A DNA stretch of 63,222 bases, counting the filler, from Octopus bimaculoides (Eukaryota), in assembly GCF_001194135.2 (NCBI RefSeq). It is 4 parts of 3 records of this genome, joined end to end, with 100 filler letters (N's around TTAATTAATTAA, not from the genome) between each part and the next. Parts side by side here need not be neighbours in the genome. Positions count along the whole stretch, not along the records: positions 19,575 to 30,929 come from NC_069004.1; positions 31,030 to 61,255 come from NC_069004.1; 2 more parts are not named here. One strand, written 5' to 3'. Shown one piece after another: positions 22,836 to 33,849 of the stretch. The translations under genes and the position numbers were made by a program. The notes below the pieces were generated by a model, which was not told the origin of the DNA, made no database searches, and saw nothing but the letters and a program-made list of their open reading frames with translations. How positions within the stretch are numbered: the stretch's first letter is position 1; each line of letters begins with the position of its first letter.

Positions 22836-25800
22836 ATGGAAAAACTAAAGAATTTAAAGATGGCTTTAAAAACCTGGGAAGCAAATTTCTTGAAAGAAAA
22901 TGGTAGAAAACCAAACAGTGAAGACATTGGTTTATCATCAGAAAACATCCGAAGTGCTTACTCTAGGTACTATCAATTAAAGAAACAGTTAGCCAATTGC
23001 AGTGCAGACCATTCCTCTATCAAAGACGATGAAAATACTGTATGGGGTAAAGAGTTCAATCGAACCCCAGAAAATAACAGTGATGGACACAGAAATAGTT
23101 CGTCTGATGATCTGAAGGTTAAGCAAGCCATGTATTTAGAAAAACTCAGTACCAAAATGTTCATCAATTCTAAACGATGCGATGCCATGAAAAAAATTGC
23201 CAACAAGAATTTGTTACAACAAAAATCTGCAAAGAAAGAAGAGAATTCAAAAAGGGCAAAAACAAATTGCAATTTATCAGACTTGAATACATCTGAAAAT
23301 GACATATCATTAGCTTCCACCCCTGAGGAAAAAAATGTTTCTTCTTCAGAAACAGGTGTAGAAAGTTCTGGTACCAAAGTAGTTGATGATTCCAGTCCAG
23401 AAGAATCACTGCAACTAAATCATTCTGGGTTGTTTAAAAATGTTTTGAATATCTCTTCACGGAAACGAAATGTTAAAAGTGATGCAACTGATTCCTTGGT
23501 TATTCCGAGATTGATCCATGAAACCAAAAATCATAAGTTCTCTTTGTCTGCATCTATAGCTGATTACGCTGATGAGGAAATTTCCACTGATCCTGTCTTA
23601 AATAGAGATTTCAAAGATAATGTGAAGACATCTTTTGATTCTTTTCCCAATTCTCAAGATAATTCTGATTCCAAACGTGAGTCCAATGATATGCAAAATA
23701 TAGATTTTCAGCTGGATCATGTTGGTCCAGAACTTAGAACTTCTAAAGATACACAAAGAAATAACAAAGATAACAGTTTTAATAAAAATACCATTCCTGT
23801 TAAATTGGAACTGAAGAGACAGATGTCTCCTGAATCCAACAAAGCCAAACGAAGAAAGATTTCTGTGGATACTGCACTGAATACCTCTATGTCTTGCAGT
23901 AACAATGGGGAAACTACTTCTGTTAAAGACTCTGGACCTTACAGTGTTTGTGATAAGGACTGTTTTTCCAGTACTGAAATCAGTAAAGAAAAAATTCCAA
24001 GGCTCCAAGAATCTGTTGAATGTTCCAGCTCTTCTGGAACCAATGATTCCACCCTGAAACCAGTAAAATCTAGCAATACCAAGCAAACTAAAAAGACCTT
24101 TGCTGCTCCGAAAATGAGCCAAATAAACAAATCTGAAAATTTTGTTCGTTTGAATATGAAGGTGAAACGATTTAGTAAAAAGGGCCAAGGAACAAAAGGA
24201 GCCAAGTTCAAAAGGTTAGAATGGAAAAGGAAAATGAGGGCAAAACAAAAGTCATATGGAGAGAGATGTTTCCGATGTGGAGAAAATGGACACTGGGCTA
24301 AAAACTGCAAGAATGTTCCAAACTCTCAAAGAAATAAAAATATCCAGCATGAACAAACAAATGCAGAATATTCTTCATCAAGTGTTCTTGAAGAAGATTA
24401 CCTGACACTCAGCCAAGCTGTGTCTATCTCAAAAGGAGAGTCTCTTTCCAGCTGCGTGGAACAAGATGAATTAGAAATTGAGAGATCAGTTGTAAGGGAT
24501 CCATATGAAATGTTTAACAAGTTCATTGCTTATCGAAAAAGCACAGAGCCTTATTTGGTCCCAAATGATGATGGAACATTACCAGACATACCTGGTGAAG
24601 TCTATACTGCTCTACAGAAGTTTGGTTTTAGTGAGTTTAAAGATGGACAGTCACAGGCAATTATGAGAACTTTGTGTGGATTGTCAACCCTTGTCATTCT
24701 CTCTACAGGAGGCGGTAAATCGCTTTGCTACCAGTTACCTGCTTACTTGTATGGGCAACGACCGAAACATGTGGCTATTATAATTTCTCCTTTGGTGTCT
24801 TTGATGGAAGATCAGGTGGAGGGCCTGCCCATAGGAATAAATGGAGCCTGCTTGCATACTAATATGACACACAGCCAACGAGAACTCGTTATTACTTCTG
24901 TAAATTCTGGTAAAGTTCACTTCCTTCTTCTGTCCCCAGAAGCAGTCATTGGAGGTCAAAAGTCAGTTCTAACAGAGCTCAGCAAAGATGTAATGATATC
25001 ATTTGCTTGTATTGACGAAGCCCATTGTCTTTCAGAATGGTCCCATAATTTCCGTCCTTCATATTTACAAGTATGCAAAATTCTCAAGGAGAAACATGGT
25101 GTACAGTGTTTCATCGGGCTTACTGCAACTGCAACATTAGCACAAAGTAAACACATAGCACAGCAACTTGGGATAAATGATGTACAAGATGCTGTGATTA
25201 GAGGAGCTCCCATACCGAAGAATCTTGTGCTTACTGTGTCAAGGGACATCTATCGAGATGAATCTCTCATTGAGCTCCTAGAAGGGGAAAGATTTTCCAA
25301 ATGTGAATCAATCATTATTTATTGTACACGAAGAGACCAAACTGAGAAGATTGCAACATTAATAAGAACAGCTTTAAAAGATAAATCAGAACAATTTTTC
25401 AGCTCAAGAAAGGAATCAGCAAATGGTTCCAAATCAAAGAAGACACCAAAAAATGCTGCTCAGTCTATTGCAGAAAGTTATCATGCTGGACTGACAGCAT
25501 ATCAAAGAAAACGTATTCAAAAGGCTTTTATGTCTGGGAGATTGTGGATTGTTGTAGCCACTGTAGCGTTTGGCATGGGGATTGATAAATCTAATGTGCG
25601 TGGAGTGATTCATTACAATATGCCAAAAAGCTTTGAAAGTTATGTGCAAGAAATCGGTCGTGCTGGTCGAGATAGTAAACTTTCCCATTGCCATTTGTTT
25701 ATTGATAAAGAAGGACAAGATTTAGGTGAGTTAAAGAAACACATCTATGCAAATTCAATTAGTCGATTCATTGTCAAAAAATTCATTCAAAGCATCTTGA

Positions 25801-26867
25801 AACCTTGCCGATGTCTTCAGATCCATGCCAGATGTTCCGAAAACCTATGCGAACCAAATGAAAGCAACGAAGACACCAAGAAAGATTCAAACAATCTTGA
25901 TTCTTTCCTTTGTTTTAACCACGAGAAAAGAATATGTAAAGGTCATGAGGTAGCAGTCAGTATTGAACCCTTGGTTCAGAGATTAGATATAAAGGAAGAG
26001 AATATTTCCACTCTCTTCTGTTATTTAGAACTGTCATTCCCTGGACTTCTAAGACTGTTACCTTTAACATATGCAAAATGTAAGATAAACTGTTATGGAG
26101 GAGCTGTTCAGTTGCAGGGTATTGCAAAGAAATGTTCTCCGGTGGCTGTTGCTGTTGCCAAACAGAAACTTGAAGGGAAAAAATTCTGCACAGCTTCTTC
26201 AGTTGAATTTCCTGTGATTGAGCTGAGTGACAGCATGGGATGGAATTCAGGCATTGTGAAAAGAGAGTTGAAATCGTTGCAGTGGAGTTTTGACAATGAT
26301 TCAGGTGCTAAGAAGAGTGGCGTACTTGTTGAACTATCAAACCTGGCCTTCCATTTTGTATCCTTTGGTGATTTAAGTGACAACGAACTGGATCACATAA
26401 TCGACTACTTATATAACCGTGTGAAAACACAGGAGAAGATAGAGTTAGGCCAGATTCAGCGTCTACACCAAGCAGTGATGTCTGTCTCGTATAACAGTAT
26501 ATGCGGTTGCTTAGATAATGTCGATGAGAAACGGAATAAAAACTTGCACCAACTTATTTTTGAATATTTTGAGGAAGATTCTATTACTGAACCTTCTGTT
26601 GATGAACTGTCTACGTCTGAATTGTCAGCCGTCAAATATGATGTTGGTCAAATAAGAAATGACATGAGAAGGTTCCTATCAATATATTCATCTGATCACA
26701 ATTTTACTGGTCACTCAATTGCTAGAATACTCCATGGTATTGGAAGTCCTTGCTATCCAGCTAACATATGGGGCAGAGTTCGTCGGTTCTGGCGATCTTA
26801 TCTCGGTTCTGACTTCCAAACCATTGTTAATATTGCTACTGAAGAAATTATAAATTATAAGCACTAA
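22836..26867 (+). CDS. RECQL4: ATP-dependent DNA helicase Q4 (RecQ4), 1343 aa, whole CDS in one exon
   Basis: N-terminal Sld2-like segment LKTWEANFLKENGRKP...AYSRYYQLK; NFVRLNMK motif; CCHC knuckle CFRCGENGHWAKNC (24267-24308); motif I STGGGKS (from 24702); Ia SPLVSLMEDQ; II DEAH with the aromatic loop SEWSHNFRPSY (from 25014); III TATA; V VATVAFGMGID; VI QEIGRAGRD (from 25647); R4ZBD-like ligands PCRC and CKGH; C-terminal ARILHGIGSPCYPA..WG. Confidence 0.97.
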   Translation: MEKLKNLKMALKTWEANFLKENGRKPNSEDIGLSSENIRSAYSRYYQLKKQLANCSADHSSIKDDENTVWGKEFNRTPENNSDGHRNSSSDDLKVKQAMYLEKLSTKMFINSKRCDAMKKIANKNLLQQKSAKKEENSKRAKTNCNLSDLNTSENDISLASTPEEKNVSSSETGVESSGTKVVDDSSPEESLQLNHSGLFKNVLNISSRKRNVKSDATDSLVIPRLIHETKNHKFSLSASIADYADEEISTDPVLNRDFKDNVKTSFDSFPNSQDNSDSKRESNDMQNIDFQLDHVGPELRTSKDTQRNNKDNSFNKNTIPVKLELKRQMSPESNKAKRRKISVDTALNTSMSCSNNGETTSVKDSGPYSVCDKDCFSSTEISKEKIPRLQESVECSSSSGTNDSTLKPVKSSNTKQTKKTFAAPKMSQINKSENFVRLNMKVKRFSKKGQGTKGAKFKRLEWKRKMRAKQKSYGERCFRCGENGHWAKNCKNVPNSQRNKNIQHEQTNAEYSSSSVLEEDYLTLSQAVSISKGESLSSCVEQDELEIERSVVRDPYEMFNKFIAYRKSTEPYLVPNDDGTLPDIPGEVYTALQKFGFSEFKDGQSQAIMRTLCGLSTLVILSTGGGKSLCYQLPAYLYGQRPKHVAIIISPLVSLMEDQVEGLPIGINGACLHTNMTHSQRELVITSVNSGKVHFLLLSPEAVIGGQKSVLTELSKDVMISFACIDEAHCLSEWSHNFRPSYLQVCKILKEKHGVQCFIGLTATATLAQSKHIAQQLGINDVQDAVIRGAPIPKNLVLTVSRDIYRDESLIELLEGERFSKCESIIIYCTRRDQTEKIATLIRTALKDKSEQFFSSRKESANGSKSKKTPKNAAQSIAESYHAGLTAYQRKRIQKAFMSGRLWIVVATVAFGMGIDKSNVRGVIHYNMPKSFESYVQEIGRAGRDSKLSHCHLFIDKEGQDLGELKKHIYANSISRFIVKKFIQSILKPCRCLQIHARCSENLCEPNESNEDTKKDSNNLDSFLCFNHEKRICKGHEVAVSIEPLVQRLDIKEENISTLFCYLELSFPGLLRLLPLTYAKCKINCYGGAVQLQGIAKKCSPVAVAVAKQKLEGKKFCTASSVEFPVIELSDSMGWNSGIVKRELKSLQWSFDNDSGAKKSGVLVELSNLAFHFVSFGDLSDNELDHIIDYLYNRVKTQEKIELGQIQRLHQAVMSVSYNSICGCLDNVDEKRNKNLHQLIFEYFEEDSITEPSVDELSTSELSAVKYDVGQIRNDMRRFLSIYSSDHNFTGHSIARILHGIGSPCYPANIWGRVRRFWRSYLGSDFQTIVNIATEEIINYKH

Positions 26868-26944
26868 AAGGATGAGGAATGGCAGAATCAGTGGAGTATC
26901 TGACAAAATACCTTGTGCTCTTTAGTCACAGCACTTTCAAATCC

Positions 26945-27118
26945 AATGATAAAATATAAACAGATGTCTAGTAGTGTGGTGAGTTCATTGCCAGTTTCTT
27001 CAGTGTGTTTTATATTGTTTCTACCAAGTTGGTCTTAGTCAACAAGAACAAAACACCACTCAGGGATTTGAACACATCATCTTACAATCTTGAGTTGAAC
27101 ATCTTAACCACTAGGCAC
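26945..27118 (-). mobile_element. Degenerate tRNA-derived SINE (family D-like)
   Basis: Minus strand gtgcctagtggttaagatgttcaactcaagattgtaagatgatgtgttcaaatccctgagtggtg: A/B boxes, similar to the head at 27710. Confidence 0.65.
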
Positions 27119-27165
27119 TTAATACATTCACATATATATATAAAATGATGAGGATGATGATTATG

Positions 27166-27202
<37 letters not shown>

Positions 27203-27709
27203 NNNNNNNNNNNNNNNNNNNNNNNNNNNNNNNNNNNNNNNNNNNNNNNNNNNNNNNNNNNNNNNNNNNNNNNNNNNNNNNNNNNNNNNNNNNNNNNNNN
27301 NNNNNNNNNNNNNNNNNNNNNNNNNNNNNNNNNNNNNNNNNNNNNNNNNNNNNNNNNNNNNNNNNNNNNNNNNNNNNNNNNNNNNNNNNNNNNNNNNNNN
27401 NNNNNNNNNNNNNNNNNNNNNNNNNNNNNNNNNNNNNNNNNNNNNNNNNNNNNNNNNNNNNNNNNNNNNNNNNNNNNNNNNNNNNNNNNNNNNNNNNNNN
27501 NNNNNNNNNNNNNNNNNNNNNNNNNNNNNNNNNNNNNNNNNNNNNNNNNNNNNNNNNNNNNNNNNNNNNNNNNNNNNNNNNNNNNNNNNNNNNNNNNNNN
27601 NNNNNNNNNNNNNNNNNNNNNNNNNTATATATATATATATATATCATCATCATCTTTGTTTTTAATGTCTACCTTTCCTCGATGATGATGTTGATTTTGA
27701 TATATTAGA

Positions 27710-27935
27710 ATAAGTAAAAGATGTTAGACTCAAGATTATAAATCCATGGGTTCAAATCCCTTACTGAGTGGTGATTTTTACATTGCTCATGACTACTTGG
27801 TTGAAAATAAATACCAGAAACTAGGAACTTAACTTTGCAGTGGGCTGGTGTCCTTTCCAGGGGAATTCTTATACTCTCGGTCATTTACCTACTTGGGAAA
27901 CTGGGTTAAGCTTCAACTTGATGATGAGACTGTAA
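27710..27935 (+). mobile_element. Degenerate tRNA-derived SINE with V-domain-like central box (family D)
   Basis: B box gggttcaaatccc; central tgcagtgggctggtgtcctttccagggg resembles the V-SINE motif tgcgatggactggcgtcctgtccaggg (recalled from memory, not searched). Confidence 0.55.
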
Positions 27936-28287
27936 GTCTGGGACAGGCATTTTATTTTGTGTGTGTGTATATATGTATATATATCTATCCATCCATCTCT
28001 ATGGACGAACGGTAGACGCATCGGCTCCGCAAGTTTTCCTTGTTTTTGCCATTTGTATAGAAAAGTTGTGCAACAACTAATAGATTCAGTTGTGCAACTT
28101 GTTTGCACGGGAAATCTGCCCTGTGTGGCATATTTCCCTATTTTCCAAAATTAATTTCGGCTTTCTTAGCCATTTTTGTTTATGAGGTTGGCGTCTCAAA
28201 TAAATGAAGACGATCATACAACGAACACCGATTTCTACACCAATTCATTTGATGTTGATTTTCCTACACTCCCTTCTCCACAATTAA

Positions 28288-30163
28288 GTGAAGGAGGGAA
28301 GAAAGGAAAAAAACATCACACAGAGAGAGGCAAGTGTTAGCATGAACGCTAACACCGCCACCACCACCACCAACAACAACAAAAACAAAACCAACGTTAC
28401 AAGTCCATCCACCAACACCGCCACCAAAGTCTCTGATGTCAACACCATTTCTGCTGACGCCATCACCACCACCACCACCAAGAACGATAACAACAACAAC
28501 AACAACAATTCAACTCAACCTTTGCTCCCTTCACCAACAACAACAACAACTGAAGGAGAGAAAGAAAAAATTAAAATAACCAAACAAATGGCTAATTTCT
28601 TCTCAAATGCAGGAGAAAATTTTCGTACCTTTCCCACAGCACATAAAATTGACAATACAGGAAAAAAGTCACAACACCACTGACACAGTCACAAGTGCCA
28701 CATCTGCCATCAACACCAGCACCAACAACAACAATAGCAAATTAAGACAAAACTTTGCGGAAGCTTTGAAGCGAAAACAAACAATTGTGTCTTATACCAC
28801 GCAACAAATAACGAGGAAGTTAATTACAAAACAAAATAACGAAGTCCAAATAAACATTCCTCAACAAACATTACACGACACAAACAAGAAATCCATCATT
28901 TACAAAATAATTAACGCAAAAACTAGAAGGCCAGTACAGACAAAATTGAACAATGTTTACACCCTATTTTGGTCAGACAAACAATATATTGCTTGGTGGC
29001 ATAAATTTGCCCATGTCCAAGTAATTTTTTGAAATGAAGAGTTAGCAAAGCAATTTTCAACGCTAACTCTTCACACACAAGGCATCATAATGATACCCAG
29101 CTACCTTGGGCAGAGGGTAACAAAAGTTACAATAAAAAATGCACCACCGATGATAGACACACTATGGTTGCTATCGGCCATATGTGTCGACATGGAGGAC
29201 ATAAACATCCTCCAAATCACCGTTTCGGTAAATAACAACTGGGTGGGAAAAACACTTCAAATCCTTTTCCACATGAACGAAGAATCGATGAGCAAAATAC
29301 CATCTTACATACGCTTATCACCCGAACAAAAATTATATGTAGTGGTAGAGGGCAGGCGACCTCGCTGTTATTTATGCGACAGCGAGACTCACCTCAAAAA
29401 GGACTGTCCAACTGCTCTAAAAAAACAACAAGAACTAACAAAACCTGTAAAGAAAACCTTGCTGCCCACACCGCCTTCCACACAAAAAACAACAAAACCA
29501 ATATTAGCAACATCAACAATTGAAAAAACTACAACTACAGCAAGAATAACAAAGAAGAAAAAAGAAAAGACAATACAAAAACTGATCCCCCTTCCCCCAC
29601 ATCACATACACCACAACCAAAATAGTCAACAACAAAAACAACAACACAACCACTTACACAGACAAACACAGATCCATACGACATGCCCCTACCCCCTTCC
29701 GATTCCTCAGATATTTCGTCTGAAGACGAAAGTAGTGAGGAATGGCAAATAGCCAGAAAAGGAAGGAGGAAAAGGGGGAAAAAAAAGATCAAAGGCAAAC
29801 ACTAACAAAGCAGGGAGGTTCACAACTCCTGAAAACACTTCCAACTCTAACACGATCGACACCAATAATAACATACCAAAAACAATGCTCACAGCAATAG
29901 ACACTACAAACACAGAGTTGATGAAATACATCAACTCAAAAACAAACATTACAAAAAATGACATTAAAACAAACAATCACCCACACACAACACCACCAGA
30001 ACACATAAAAATATATCATACAACACCAACATTGCACCACAAAATAAAATCCCTCTACCCCAATGCAGTAGTGGAGTGCCAAAAATATCTGTGCAAAAAA
30101 TTGTACAGCAGCCTCCTTGATGGAAAGTCAAAGGAGGAGACAAAACTTTCAAACAGTAAGTAA
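28288..30163 (+). pseudogene. Disrupted ORF1 (gag-like) of the L1/Tx1-like element
   Basis: Segments 28288-28683, 28607-29032, 29090-29752 and 29885-30163. Thr/Asn-rich low complexity, YVVVEGRRPRCYLCDSETHLKKDC (Cx2Cx4Hx4C), and an acidic-then-basic tract SSEDESSEEWQIARKGRRKRGKKR. Confidence 0.8.
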
Positions 30164-30213
30164 CTCTCTGTTCCTTTCGTTTTGTGCTTTAAAGCACATA
30201 TTTCAATAGAATC

Positions 30214-30929
30214 ATGGTCAAAATTTGTTGTGTAAATGTGCGTGGCTTGGGGTCCCCTTGGAAACAAGGGTACCTCTAAAATGATATCGAGTCACATAAC
30301 TTGGGAATCATAGCCATAAGTGAGACCAGACTCCATGAGCCGCGGGCCCTAAAGTCCATGTTTGGCAGACAATTTAACATTTATTTTTCTCCCTGTCTGC
30401 CGAGGATGGGCGGTAGTGGCACGGCGGTTCTTTTTCGCAAGAGTCTGGATCTCGAAGTAAAGACGATATTCATAGACCTGGAGGGTAGACTGGTTGTGCT
30501 GGATGTTGACGGCAGTGATGGTTGCACTTTTCGGCTGCTAGCAGTCTATGTTCCTCCTTTAAAAGGTCGGTTGGATTTCTTTCGACGTCTAGAGGTATTC
30601 CTGGGAACGTCTAGTCCTTTACTTTTAGTGGGGGATTGGAATGCTACCTTGGACACGCATCTAGACTACGTGGGGAGAGACAACAATAGAAGGGGATGCA
30701 AATGCCTCAGAGACCTGCTCAGATGCTTTCAACTGTCTGACAGGTACCGACTCTAACACCCAAATGTGCCAACGTGGACATGGAGCAACCGCATTGGGTC
30801 GTCGAGATCGTATCTAGATAGGATAGTGTGTAGGACAATAGATAGAGATAGCTTAGGATGTCCACAATTCCACACAGTCAGCTACACGGATCACAAACTT
30901 GTGACGTGTATGCTAGACTTAGATAAGGC
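30214..30929 (+). pseudogene. APE endonuclease of ORF2 with premature stops
   Basis: MVKICCVNVRGL...IAISETRL...GTAVLF...EGRLVVL...LAVYVP...LVGDWNA...WTW...SYLDRI...YTDHKLV; stops at 30277-30279 and 30754-30756. Confidence 0.92.
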
Positions 30930-31119
30930 NNNNNNNNNNNNNNNNNNNNNNNNNNNNNNNNNNNNNNNNNNNNTTAATTAATTAANNNNNNNNNNNNNNN
31001 NNNNNNNNNNNNNNNNNNNNNNNNNNNNNTATATATATATATATATATATATATGCATACATACGCTATAGCCACTCATAATAAAAAGGAATAATGATGG
31101 AATGTCCAAGTGAAAACTT

Positions 31120-31650
31120 CAATAAAATGTGAGCATAGTAGAACTGATATGATGATTTGAGATAGAGAAGAGAAACTGTTGTAAACCAGGTGCCCAGTGT
31201 ATGTTAACATAAAGCTGAAGATCAGTTAAAAAGAAAATACTTCCGCTGAACTATTGAGAAATCTGAAGTTACTCTATCCAGATTACAAATTCATGTTTAT
31301 ACCTGTAATTATTGGGGCCTGGGATATGTAACACGCTGCCTAAATACCGATCTTGAGAACTTAGGCTTTTCAAAACCAGAAAGAAGAAAGCTGATTCGAA
31401 GACCACAGTTCCAAGCAATCACTAGAACTGTAAACATCTGTAAAATGTTTCAGAAGTATCTATGAGCATGTTTAGATATACAAGTATATGCATGAGGCGA
31501 TATACCATAAAACAAAACATACAATTCTGCACACATACATATATACATACTTACAAAATTACCCTGTTGATATTGTTGAAAATCCGAGGAAGGAGCGTTG
31601 GATCTAGGTTCGAAACCGGCTCTGGCAAGAAATGTTGAAATAAAACTGTA
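31120..31650 (+). mobile_element. Second R4/Dong-like RLE LINE 3' fragment (same family as 14040-15320)
   Basis: ataaagctgaagatcag...ctatccagattacaa.ttca...atacctgtaattattg...aaaaccagaaagaagaaag is shared with the minus copy; 3' UTR gaaggagc...gaaaccgg and AATAAA at about 31638. Confidence 0.85.
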
Positions 31651-31677
31651 TAATTACATACATACATGTACATTAAT

Positions 31678-31845
31678 TCTTTTGTTTCAGTCATTTGGCT
31701 GCAGCCATGATTGAGCACTACCTTAAGGGGTTTTAGTCGAACAAATCAACCCAAGACACGTAGTTATTCTATCGAACTTTTTTGCCGAACCGCTAAGTTA
31801 CTGGGACATAAACACACCATAAACACATCGGTTGTCAAGCGAGCA
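31678..31845 (-). mobile_element. SINE family A 3' tail module
   Basis: ttttgtttcagtcatttggctgcagccatg...tttttgccgaaccgctaagttac...ggttgtcaagcg. Confidence 0.82.
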
Positions 31846-31849
31846 AATA

Positions 31850-31893
<44 letters not shown>

Positions 31894-32991
31894 TATAGTT
31901 TTTTTCAATTACTGGTTTAAGCCAGAGGCTGGGCCATGCTAGAACACCACCTTCCAGTGTGCTTGGGTTTCTTTTCTGTACTGTGTTTGGCGAAGTAGCG
32001 AGTTGGTCGGAGATACTCGTCTTTGTGCCTCCTGCTGGTATTTCGTAAAAAGGTTGTAATTAAAACGCCTCGTAGCATCTTAATAGCACAGCCGCTGCTT
32101 TTGCTCTTCCCTGTCATTATTACTCTTACCATCCTTTAGAGATCGATAACGTAAAATACTGACCAAGTACTGGAATCAGTAATATTCCGAATAAAACATC
32201 TTAGGTGAGAAATAGAATCAGAAACGAAAACAAGACAAAAACAGGGGAGAAAAACCGTAAAGAAAAAGGCAAATAATGTTAAATGGACAGATGGATAATA
32301 AACATCGGTTTGACTAAAGGTTGGTAATGGTGTAGGAATCATTTATTCATTGTCACGTTTAACAATGGTGACGGTTGATTTTACACGCATCCGCATGCAT
32401 CTACATGCATTTACATAATCCTATAATTTACGCAGCAACGGGGAAAAAACATAAGCAAAAAATACACGTGTGTGTTTGTTTCTACACTCATGTACATGTG
32501 TATCTTCAAGCGCATGTATTCGAGTATACGGGTATATGTGTATGTTTGTGTGTGTGTGCATGGGCGGGATGGCTGGTGTTTGTGCAATAGCTGTATTTAT
32601 AGAAAACAGGTAAAAATACATATTACTCTATTCTAATTTTAGCAATTCGTGGTTGGTGTCTGATTCTTTATGTGTGGGTGTTACTATACACATACATACT
32701 CGATACAAACAAAAACGCATAGACATAAGCATAGACATAAGCATATATATATATATATATATATATACCAACATACACGTACACACACCTACATACACAA
32801 AGACATATATTCATGTATATTTATATACATTTAAATAGATAAATATTGATAGATATAGATAGATACAGTTTGTAGCTTACAGCTGTATCTCATTTGCGGA
32901 TTTTTTTCTTATGTTCCCATATTATGTTTGTGACGTTGTTTTAACCGAAAGCTGTTATTTATAATTGTGTCTTTGTCCTCTATTGTTCTGC

Positions 32992-33047
<56 letters not shown>

Positions 33048-33719
33048 ATGTGTGTGTGTGTGTGTGTGTATACATATATAGATATATATACATCTAGATA
33101 TATATACATCTAGATATATAAAACTATCAATCCATATACATATATATATTATATACATGTGTGTGTGTGTGTGTATGTTGCGTGTATGTGTGTATATATA
33201 CATGTATGTATGTATTATGTATGTATGTACACGCATACATACAGTGCATATAAACGAATAAGAGTGTGCGCGTNNNNNNNNNNNNNNNNNNNNNNNNNNN
33301 NNNNNNNNNNNNNNNNNNNNNNNNNNNNNNNNNNNNNNNNNNNNNNNNNNNNNNNNNNNNNNNNNNNNNNNNNNNNNNNNNNNNNNNNNNNNNNNNNNNN
33401 NNNNNNNNNNNNNNNNNNNNNNNNNNNNNNNNNNNNNNNNNNNNNNNNNNNNNNNNNNNNNNNNNNNNNNNNNNNNNNNNNNNNNNNNNNNNNNNNNNNN
33501 NNNNNNNNNNNNNNNNNNNNNNNNNNNNNNNNNNNNNNNNNNNNNNNNNNNNNNNNNNNNNNNNNNNNNNNNNNNNNNNNNNNNNNNNNNNNNNNNNNNN
33601 NNNNNNNNNNNNNNNNNNNNNNNNNNNNNNNNNNNNNNNNNNNNNNNGCAGACAAGTTTTTCATAAGTTCGCAGCTGAACCGCATCATAAATCTTCTCCA
33701 ATTAAGACATAGCTGTTAT

Positions 33720-33736
33720 GATAATCATCATCATCA

Positions 33737-33767
<31 letters not shown>

Positions 33768-33768
33768 G

Positions 33769-33812
<44 letters not shown>
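33720..33812. repeat. (CAT)n/(CGT)n trinucleotide repeat
   Basis: Direct reading. Confidence 0.95.
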
Positions 33813-33849
33813 TGATTTTGTTGTTCCTCGCAAAAACCGAAGCTCTGTG

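Larger units (their letters stand above)
27990..30929 (+). mobile_element. L1/Tx1-like non-LTR retrotransposon, 5' half (ORF1 plus APE endonuclease), cut by an artificial join
   Basis: Two-ORF layout: frameshifted ORF1 with a single CCHC knuckle, then ORF2 APE starting at 30214. 5' boundary approximate. Confidence 0.88.

Noticed and set aside
25545-25547. Trp in GRLWIVVAT where RecQ4 proteins, as recalled, usually have Arg
   Set aside because: A single substitution outside the invariant motif V residues; cannot be separated from a lineage variant or sequencing error without an alignment.
22973-26906. Antisense and alternative-frame ORFs overlapping RECQL4
   Set aside because: Short shadow ORFs with no recognisable motifs.
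26867-30929. Idea that the adjacent L1/Tx1-like element created the intronless RECQL4
   Set aside because: Retrocopying acts in trans, so adjacency is not evidence. No shared TSD or poly-A links the two.
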